47,292 nucleotides of DNA, from the IMG/VR virus record IMGVR_UViG_3300012231_000015, positions 1 to 47,292 of that record. One strand, written 5' to 3'. Shown here in pieces: positions 35,661 through 43,900 of this stretch. The notes below the pieces were generated by a model. The model was not told the DNA's origin. It ran no database searches and was given only the letters and a program-made list of their open reading frames with translations. Numbering within the stretch: the stretch's first letter is position 1; every line of letters starts with the position of its first letter. Position numbers and translations under genes: made by a program. Source of the stretch: a virus. Lineage: Duplodnaviria > Caudoviricetes.

Positions 35661-35736
35661 CGTGGGTCTGGACTATTCGTGTCTCTGATGGTAGTCAACA
35701 GCTAACCACCGCTCTAGACGATAGTCTGGATCCACG
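35661..35736 (+). ncRNA. intergenic structured RNA element (about 19-bp closing stem with G-U pairs)
   Basis: CGTGGGTCTGGACTAT-T-CGT / ACG-ATAGTCTGGATCCACG; wobbles valid on the plus strand; inner GTCT/AGAC and GGTAG/CTAACC. Confidence 0.5.
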
Positions 35737-35781
35737 TTTAATAAAGTCGTGACTACACTAAGCTAGTCCAAGGGAGAGTGT

Positions 35782-35964
35782 GTGATGCAACATTACATGA
35801 CAGATTATGAAGCGGCCGTAGAGTCAGATGACGAGATCGATCTTCCGATCAATCCTCCAGTCGTCGCAGAGATTGAGGACGAGGATGAAGAGACAGAGGA
35901 AGATGAGGACGACGAGTTCGAGGACGAGGAAGATGAAGAGGAAGAAAAGGATTCATCAGACTAG
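35782..35964 (+). CDS. very acidic small protein
   Basis: C-terminal half almost all Asp/Glu; GGGAG RBS. Confidence 0.55.
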   Translation: MMQHYMTDYEAAVESDDEIDLPINPPVVAEIEDEDEETEEDEDDEFEDEEDEEEEKDSSD

Positions 35965-35966
35965 TT

Positions 35967-36085
35967 AATCGGAGGCTCAGAACTTGCTACCTGTCTGTAG
36001 CATAAGTTGACACTGACTTAACTAGTCGATGATAGGGGGTCCACTCAATACTGCCATTGTGCAGATTACGAGTGGGCCTCCGATT
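35967..36085 (+). ncRNA. multi-stem RNA leader upstream of a cold-shock gene, with two alternative pairings
   Basis: The 3' strand GAGTGGGCCTCCGATT can pair with AATCGGAGGCTCA (35967-79) or GGGGGTCCACTC (36035-46); inner hairpins AACTT-GCTAC/GTAGC-AAGTT, GACT/AGTC and CTGC/GCAG. Confidence 0.5.
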
Positions 36086-36090
36086 TTACT

Positions 36091-36375
36091 ATGAGAGTGA
36101 GAGAGATGACTGATACTAAAGTTGTGGGACGCATCATTAAAGTAAGTAAAGATGGATGGGGATTCATTTCAAGCAAGGACATTGAGTTTACACGCATCTT
36201 CTTTCATTGGACTGCACTACGTCAGGATACGATTCCATTCCTTGAATTGAAGGTTGGAATGAATGTTGAGTTTACACCTCTCCAGATTCCTGGTCGTGGA
36301 TTCCGTGCCATTAGAGTGCGTGTGGTAGAGAAAGAGAAACCTGATGAGACTCCAATGTCCGTATTGCAAGAATGA
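36091..36375 (+). CDS. cold-shock domain protein
   Basis: RNP1 GWGFI, RNP2 IFFHWTAL, LKVGMNVEF...GFRAIRV; start may be MTDTK at 36106. Confidence 0.85.
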   Translation: MRVREMTDTKVVGRIIKVSKDGWGFISSKDIEFTRIFFHWTALRQDTIPFLELKVGMNVEFTPLQIPGRGFRAIRVRVVEKEKPDETPMSVLQE

Positions 36376-36529
36376 TAGGGAAGATTTGATGGAACTGCTA
36401 CATAATTTCAGATACTTCTGCACGATATGTGCAAAGGAATTCAGATGTGACAAGATCCCAAAAGGTGAGAACGATAGCTCTAGTGATAAAGAAACATTTC
36501 CGAAACTTGTCTACAGGAAAGACGATTGA
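36344..36529 (+). CDS. small Zn-ribbon protein
   Basis: CPYC...CTIC. Confidence 0.5.
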   Translation: MRLQCPYCKNDREDLMELLHNFRYFCTICAKEFRCDKIPKGENDSSSDKETFPKLVYRKDD

Positions 36530-36588
36530 GTTGGCGTTCGACATAATGGAAGCACTAGAAGATTACCCTGATAAGGTAGATTTAGGTC

Positions 36589-39120
36589 GTGAAAATGAGT
36601 AATAAATATGTCCCAGGAATGGGACCAATTGGTGCTAAGTTTGTAATACTGGGTGAAGCTCCATCACATGAGGAAGTAGCAGCAGGTAAACCCTTCGTAG
36701 GTCCATCAGGTAGGGAGTTAGACAGGATACTGAGGGACGCGGGGATGAACAGGTCAGAGGCATGGATTACCAATGTATGTAAGTACATGGTTCCCCCTAA
36801 CTTGGATAAGAAGAGAAGCTCATTCCGTGACAGGGCTATCAGTGCAGGTATAGATGTAGACCAACAGTTGGTAGAGCTGAGGACAGAACTAGATGACATT
36901 AGACCTAACGCTATACTCGCTCTCGGTGGGACTGCTCTATGGGCACTCAGCGGGAAAACTAAAATTAGCAAGTTTCGCGGCTCTATCCTCAGAGGCATGG
37001 GCCATAAATTTGTTCCTACCTATCATCCCGCGCACCTTCTACATAGTGGGGCGGGTGGAGAAATCAAGGGTTATTGGAACAGACAAATAATGATCTTCGA
37101 CTTCAAGCGCGCATGGGAAGAGGCTCAATCACCACTGATGAACCTTCCTAATCGTGTCTTACAGGTGTGTAACAACTCAGGAGAGTTATATGAGTTCCTC
37201 CAAAGATACAAGGACTGTACCAAAGTATCAGTGGATATTGAAGCCGGGGGTCACTGTTTACCCATCTGTGTTGGGCTGGCGTTTAATAAAAACCACGGCA
37301 TGACAGTTCCCTTGTGGAACAAAGATGGTATATCCAATATACCAGATAGTGACTTGGCTAGCATATGGATGTTACTGGCAAAAGTATTATGGGAGAAAGA
37401 TATTGTCGGACAAAACTTTAATTATGACAGAGATAAGCTCAAGCGACTTGGGTTTGCCGTTAGAGGAATACACTCAGATACTCTTATCAAAGCGTTCGCT
37501 ATTAACCCTGAACTCCCAAAAGGGCTTGCATTTAGTACAAGTATCTACACGCGAGAACCCTTCTATAAAGACGAAGGCATGTATGAGGGGGAACTTAGAG
37601 ATCTCCTGCTCGGATGTGCTAGGGATAGTTGTGTTACATACGAAATAGATGAAGCTATGGACGCGGACTTAGATGAGTTGGGGGTACGGAAGTTCTATGA
37701 AAACTTCCTCATGAAACTCCCTGACTTCTATCTAGAGATCGAGAACAATGGCTTCGTAGTGAATGAGACTAAGCGTGCTGAACTGATTACTAAGTATGTA
37801 GACTGGGATACCAGACTGGAATTCGAGATGTTCCAGATAGCTGGTGTCGATGTCAATGTCTCATCCCCTCTCCAAGTTCATAGTTTATTGTTCGACAATT
37901 GGAAACTACCCCGTAGACAAGGTGTCGGGGAAGAGGAATTGACTGCCTTACTGAATCTACAGAGTGGAGTTAAAGATGAAGGAATGCGGACATGGATTGA
38001 GAAGTGTCTGGAGAGGAGAAGAGTCAAGAAAACTATATCCACATATCTCTTGGCTATACCTGATTTTGATGGAAAGATGCGGACTACTTGTTTTCCGTGT
38101 CTCGAAACAGGTAGATCAAGTACAGGACAACAGGATCCACCTATCAGACCACTGGTAGATACTGTGGGTAAGGGTGCTAAGAAGGACTTCAAAGTATTGG
38201 GTACAGCCTTTCAGGTAATGACTAAGCATGGGGATATTGGTGCTGATGTACGTGGAATGTATGAGCCTGAAGAGGGTGAAATATTCGTTCAACTAGACTC
38301 ATCTCAAGCCGAGGCGCGCGTAGTGTTTAACTTAGCTACGGACGAACAGGCATTAAAGGACATTGACGAACATGACTATCACGCGCTTACTGCAAGCTGG
38401 TTTTTCGGTGGGTGTGAAGCGGATTACTCCAAGAAGGTTCTGGGATATGAGTCACCGATTCGATTCGCCGGTAAGACTCTACGTCATGCGGGACATCTTG
38501 GCGCGGGCAAAAGAAGAGCATCGACGGAGCTTAATACGCAGGCGCGGAAATATAAGATTCCTATCACCGTTAATGAAGCTACTGCGGAAAAGGCTCTCAA
38601 GATATTCCATTCTAAGCAGCCAAAGATTCAGAGAGTATTTCACGCAGAAGTAATCGAATGTCTCAAACAGAACCGTCGTCTGACGGCTCCATTACCTTGG
38701 GGGATTGATGCCGAACGAGGAGGCGTACGTATTTTCTATGAACGATGGGGAGATGACTTGTTCCGTGAGGCTCTCGCCTATCTTCCCCAACGAGCCGTTA
38801 CTGATAATACCAAAGCGGCTGGTATCAGAATTAAACGACAGTTCGGAGAGGCTAAAATTATTCTTGAAGCTCATGACGCTCTGTTATTCAGTATCAGAGT
38901 GGAGTATCTCGATGACTTTATCGCCCTCGCCAAACGTGAAATGGAGAGGCCCATCAACTTCACATGCTGCTCCCTTCCAAGAAGGTACTTAAAGATACCA
39001 TGTGATGTGGAGGTAGGAGAGAACTACAAGGACTTGAAAAAATTCAAGTTCCCTAACGAGGTTGAACTAGTACCAGTACCTAAAACTGTAACTGAAGAAT
39101 TCTTGGTACAGGATGAGTAA
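36589..39120 (+). CDS. polA: DNA polymerase family A with an N-terminal family-4-type uracil-DNA glycosylase domain and 3'-5' exonuclease
   Basis: UDG motifs LGEAPS, PFVGPSG, TNVCK, LALG, TYHPA; ExoI VDIE and ExoII GQNFNYD; ETGRSS; motif A DSSQAEAR; motif B RFAGKTLRHAGHLG; motif C AHDAL. Confidence 0.92.
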   Translation: MKMSNKYVPGMGPIGAKFVILGEAPSHEEVAAGKPFVGPSGRELDRILRDAGMNRSEAWITNVCKYMVPPNLDKKRSSFRDRAISAGIDVDQQLVELRTELDDIRPNAILALGGTALWALSGKTKISKFRGSILRGMGHKFVPTYHPAHLLHSGAGGEIKGYWNRQIMIFDFKRAWEEAQSPLMNLPNRVLQVCNNSGELYEFLQRYKDCTKVSVDIEAGGHCLPICVGLAFNKNHGMTVPLWNKDGISNIPDSDLASIWMLLAKVLWEKDIVGQNFNYDRDKLKRLGFAVRGIHSDTLIKAFAINPELPKGLAFSTSIYTREPFYKDEGMYEGELRDLLLGCARDSCVTYEIDEAMDADLDELGVRKFYENFLMKLPDFYLEIENNGFVVNETKRAELITKYVDWDTRLEFEMFQIAGVDVNVSSPLQVHSLLFDNWKLPRRQGVGEEELTALLNLQSGVKDEGMRTWIEKCLERRRVKKTISTYLLAIPDFDGKMRTTCFPCLETGRSSTGQQDPPIRPLVDTVGKGAKKDFKVLGTAFQVMTKHGDIGADVRGMYEPEEGEIFVQLDSSQAEARVVFNLATDEQALKDIDEHDYHALTASWFFGGCEADYSKKVLGYESPIRFAGKTLRHAGHLGAGKRRASTELNTQARKYKIPITVNEATAEKALKIFHSKQPKIQRVFHAEVIECLKQNRRLTAPLPWGIDAERGGVRIFYERWGDDLFREALAYLPQRAVTDNTKAAGIRIKRQFGEAKIILEAHDALLFSIRVEYLDDFIALAKREMERPINFTCCSLPRRYLKIPCDVEVGENYKDLKKFKFPNEVELVPVPKTVTEEFLVQDE

Positions 39121-40397
39121 TGACATGGCTGGAAAAACTGTTGAGTCAACACTCGGAATTAGAATCACCTACGAACTTCTGGTTATGGGGAGGTATAGCT
39201 GCCATCAGTGCAGTGTTGAAAGATAATGTTTGGATGAACCGTCAGATCTACAATCTGTACCCTAACATCTACGTCATGTTACATGCTGAATCAGGCTTAA
39301 AGAAAGGGCCACCGATTAGCATGGCTAAGCAGTTAGTCCGAGGGGTGAACTCCACGAAGATCATCTCAGGGCGTAGCTCTATTCAGGGTATATTGAAAGA
39401 GATGGGAACAGCACAGACTCAGCCAGGTGGTAAAGTAAACAATAAGTCTACCATCTTTATCGCCAGTTCTGAGTTGACAAGTTCTATCGTGAGTGATCCC
39501 GTAGCTATGGACATTCTCACTGACCTGTATGACAGACAGTACAATATAGGTGAGTGGCGTAGTCTACTGAAGATGGAGACGTTTAGTCTTAAGGATCCTA
39601 CGATTACCATGCTGACTGCTACGAATGACGCGCACGCAGTCGAGTTCTTTGGAAAGAAAGACGTACATGGGGGCTACTTCGCACGTACATTCATCATCAC
39701 TGAAACGAAACGAAACAGAGCCAACAGTCTACTAGTACCATTAACCAATCCACCTAAATATCCAGAGCTGATAGAGTATCTGAAGGAACTAGGTAAACTG
39801 ACGGGCGCATTCGCACCACTAGCATCAAAGGAGGAAACTGAACTACATCATATACCTTTTCTGGAGCATGTAACGGGAGAGACTAACTACTTTAGTGACG
39901 CGGGTCTACTGTATCAAAAGTGGTATGAAGAGTTCATCGATACTGTCCATAACCAAGAGATCAAGGATGAGACAGGAACTCTCAATAGATTCGGTGACTC
40001 TGTATTGAAGGTAGCGATGATTCTATCCCTAGCAAGATCTCCCGAGCTGTATATCGATGAGGAATCAATGCAATTGGCTATTGATTACTGTGAGAAGCTG
40101 ATAGGTAATGTCAGGGAAATGACTCATGGTAAGAAGGGTCTGAGTGAGTTTAAGAATATTAAGACCCTGATTATCAAGGAGCTACTAGGAAGGGACACGC
40201 ACCAGATCAGTCGAGCTATGCTATTGAAACGAATGTGGGCACACTACAAGGATGCGACTGAGCTAGATGATATCATGATGTCATTCGATCAAGCAGGAAT
40301 GATTAAGACTCAATCGATTGGCAACCAGATCATCTATATCATGCCAGACAATGTAGTGCAGGAACATCTGAGACTCTTTGCGGGGAAGAATAAATGA
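39120..40397 (+). CDS. DUF3987-like AAA+ (MCM-related) putative replicative helicase, no primase domain
   Basis: LYPNIYVML.AESGLKKG (atypical Walker A), IASSEL (atypical Walker B), LTDLYD, GGYFARTF, LKVAMIL; C-terminal winged-helix-like segment. Confidence 0.7.
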   Translation: MTWLEKLLSQHSELESPTNFWLWGGIAAISAVLKDNVWMNRQIYNLYPNIYVMLHAESGLKKGPPISMAKQLVRGVNSTKIISGRSSIQGILKEMGTAQTQPGGKVNNKSTIFIASSELTSSIVSDPVAMDILTDLYDRQYNIGEWRSLLKMETFSLKDPTITMLTATNDAHAVEFFGKKDVHGGYFARTFIITETKRNRANSLLVPLTNPPKYPELIEYLKELGKLTGAFAPLASKEETELHHIPFLEHVTGETNYFSDAGLLYQKWYEEFIDTVHNQEIKDETGTLNRFGDSVLKVAMILSLARSPELYIDEESMQLAIDYCEKLIGNVREMTHGKKGLSEFKNIKTLIIKELLGRDTHQISRAMLLKRMWAHYKDATELDDIMMSFDQAGMIKTQSIGNQIIYIMPDNVVQEHLRLFAGKNK

Positions 40398-40564
40398 CTA
40401 AATCACGAGAGGAGCGGCTGCGACAGCTACCACGGACATGGAGCGTGCGAGCCGAGAAGCCTCACGGTAAGTCTGAGCCGTTCGTGGCATGGGCTGACGT
40501 GGAAGCCGTGCTGCGTGAGGCCGCGTCTGATGATGATTCCAATTCCAGTCCATCAAGAAGATGA
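40394..40564 (+). CDS. small hypothetical protein (56 aa)
   Basis: Not in the track. ATGA overlap with the helicase stop; MTKSREERLRQLPRTW...FVAWADVEAVL. Confidence 0.5.
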   Translation: MTKSREERLRQLPRTWSVRAEKPHGKSEPFVAWADVEAVLREAASDDDSNSSPSRR

Positions 40565-40712
40565 AGTAGTACCAGTAATAAAGACTCAGATAGACCATGA
40601 ATGGATACGTCAATTCATGGATGTGCCGAGTTGGAAGTGTCCTGACTGTAGACTAACGAATTTCGGACGTAATGAGAAGTGTGCTAACGATAGATGTAGG
40701 AGGCCGAGATGA
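40515..40712 (+). CDS. small protein with a RanBP2-type zinc finger
   Basis: W-K-C-x2-C-x3-N-F-x5-C-x4-C-x2-P-R. Confidence 0.65.
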   Translation: MRPRLMMIPIPVHQEDEVVPVIKTQIDHEWIRQFMDVPSWKCPDCRLTNFGRNEKCANDRCRRPR

Positions 40713-40933
40713 ACGGATTTGTAAAGAATGTGGCAGGTATGAAGCAGTATGGATTCATCCGTGCGGAAGATGGTAAGGAATACTTCTTCCACAAGGAGGA
40801 TTTTAATGGATTCTGGAATGATCTGGCATTAGATGTAGAGAATGGACGGACTGTCAACGTGACATTCGAGTCCATTCCCTCTGACAAAGGTCCGCGTGCG
40901 GGTGAAGTAACTAGAACCGACGCCGGCGTCTAA
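40709..40933 (+). CDS. cold-shock domain protein
   Basis: KQYGFI, EYFFHKEDF, VTFE...KGPRAGEV; GGAGG RBS. Confidence 0.88.
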   Translation: MNGFVKNVAGMKQYGFIRAEDGKEYFFHKEDFNGFWNDLALDVENGRTVNVTFESIPSDKGPRAGEVTRTDAGV

Positions 40934-43900
40934 CCGGAGGCTTACCACCCCACTTCCAAGGACGGATATCACCTTGAACGATAATATCATTCTTTGGATC
41001 GATGAATTTACCGACTGATTCACCCTTACCATAGATCTGAGTACCCATACCTACTGCCGCTAAAGGTCCAAGTATCGGCAGTAGGTCTGGATCTTCATTA
41101 TAGATCTCATAGAGATCTTGTCCAATAAGTGGTGCGAAAGCCTGCATCGTTCTGTCCTTCAAGTGAAGCGGCTTATACTCAGACGAATCCCACAGATCAT
41201 ATGCAAACTTAGCTGCTGGATTCAGCTTGTTAGACATGAATCTCTGAGTAGCGGACAGTGCAGTTTCAGCTTGGTATCCCTTACCGAATGGATGGAATCT
41301 CTGATTCTTCGATGAAGTGGCTCCCGCACTCAACAGTCTGCTATACAGTACAAGGAACTGTTGGAAGCCACCACCCGGATCTAAGCGCGTGTCACCAATT
41401 CTAGGCTTACCAAAGTCTGCACTATTGGTATCTGTACTTACCTCTACATCATCCCCACCTGCCATCTTAGCTAATTCGACAACCACCCACCATGCAGCAG
41501 CAGTAGATAGTGCAGCTTTAAGATACTGCTTACGAACGAATGGATCAGCCTTGATGTAAGTGAAAGGATTCAGCATTCTAATCCGGCTATTCAATAGACC
41601 GGGTGAGAACAATACAGGTCCAATTTTCTTGATTGCAGTCTCTAATGCGCCCCTTGCAGTAGCATGACCTGTGGTCACATTCACCAGTTCTGCGATGTCC
41701 CTAGCTAACACTAAGTTATGATATGGATTTCTATCCATAGCCTGTAGGGGTGATACAGCCTTAGTGAATCCGAGTCTCTTACCACCAATCTGCATACCAC
41801 CCATTACACCCGGCATGGGCATACGTCCAGTAGTAATACCCTCAATGGACATATCCCTAGCTAGATCAAGTAGCTTCTGAGTCCTGTTGGTGTTCAGGTG
41901 ATTCAGGAAGGTGATATACATCCTATTAGATGCGCGGATTCCAATTCCGGCCGTATGTTTCCATGTAGATCTGAGAGGATTATTCACTCCAAAGATCCGC
42001 TCAGGACCGAATAAACCACCAGTCTCAAGCCATCTACTGGCAGTGGCCTCCGCGTGTGGACCAGCCTCACTAGCAGGTCTGAATAGTTTCGATCCAATCT
42101 GCATACCAAATGATGGTAGTAACTTACCAGTCCTTGGATCGACTTCCTGCTTGTGTAGTGGGGTCTGTTTCAGTGCATCATCAATCTGCTTAAATCCAGC
42201 AGGTGAGATTCCACCGAACATATTCTTTGCGGCTATCCAGAAGTCCTTAGTTAGAATGTTTGGTAGCCCCTGACGCCCCGGCGCGGACGCATCCATAGAT
42301 GTAGTCAAGTTAGTGGGTACAGCTAATGCCTCTCTAATGAAACTATATTCACTATTAGGCTGAGTTCCCTGACCGATACCCATCTTCTGCATAAGAGGCT
42401 GACGTGACGGCCCCTCCATAGGTGGTTTACCGGGTATATTGATAGCCCCACGTTCGCTTCCCATATTAGCTTTAGTTCTATTGTAAGTGTCCTGAGTTTC
42501 TTTAGCTACCTTACTCAAAAACCACTGAGACTTGCCAGTTACGATTTCAAGAGCTTTAACCATGTCTGGGAATGTATTAGCTTTACTCTTGAATAGATTT
42601 GGAGCAGCCTTTAGACCTTTCTGGATAGCCTCATACATAGCTACCATCACGTCAAGACTGGCATGTCCACCCTCACCACTCCTATCAGGTCCACTAGATC
42701 GTTCTCTCAGTGCCAGAGCAGGATCAGGTAAACCAGCTTCTAACGCACGCGCACGATTAGAACCGGGACGTGGTGGTCTACGTTGTCTTTCGCGTGTAAC
42801 ACCTGCAATCCTAGCACCCTGTAAAATTCCGACCAATAGATTACCAGTATGATGACTTATAGACCCATGAGTTACTGCTGCATCCAATTCAACCATTCTT
42901 CTACCCACAGCATTGAATGCGGGCGTGAAGTCTGGATTTGCAATGTCTTTCATCTGTTGTGTAGCAGGATCATATACCTGAGAACTTACATGACCCCCAA
43001 GGTTATTCACCATTCTGCTACCATCTTGGTAAATCTCCATGATAGCATTTACAACTGGTTCTCCCTGAGCATTTCTCCACACAATATTATATTTACCTGG
43101 AGGATGTTGGTCAGTCACTCCTTGTAACGGAACAATACGTGGACGGCTAGAATAGCTGGGTGGTTGGACTACCTCAACACTTAGTCCGGGTGGTCCATTA
43201 CCCGCTCCATCAGCTACATCTTCTCCGAAACCCGCCCAATCATACAAGCGAGAACTGGCAGTAATATCTCGCATTTCCTGCGTAGTTAACCGTCTCATTA
43301 CTCCGCCAGTATGTTGCCTTAGATGTGTCTGTACTGAGGGAGAATTAGCAATACGATCGTACTGCTCCTGAGTCATATCATATCGTTGACTCGTATTACG
43401 TGGTTGTTGTCCTATTTCAAATGCAGGTCCACGTCGCTGAGTTGGTGTATATGGAGGTGGAACAGGTCTATGTACTGGTGGCCTATTGGTTGTAGAGGTT
43501 GAAGTAGTACCAGTAATAGATCCAGGTTGACGTAGACTTACAATTCTATGACCAATTAGTTCTAACATATCATCAGCATCATTAATTCCCGATAGATCCC
43601 CTGCATCAGTGGCCTGAGACCATGCAGTACCCCATTGGGTACGAAGATTCTGTAATGCAGGTATATCAGGAGCATCCAAAATTCTAGTTACACCATGAAA
43701 TACTTCCCCAGCCTCTAAATCCATATTACCTAGTGTATTTCTCATGCGTTCAGTTACTTCTGGTCTTGCTAATATAATTTCAGAAGCAGTTTGAGTAGAG
43801 GCAGTGGTAGGTGGATTAGTTCGGGTCTGAATTCTTAAGTTAATCAGATCAAGCATACGAGTAGCTTCATTAGTACTATGAGTATCATGATGATCTATAG

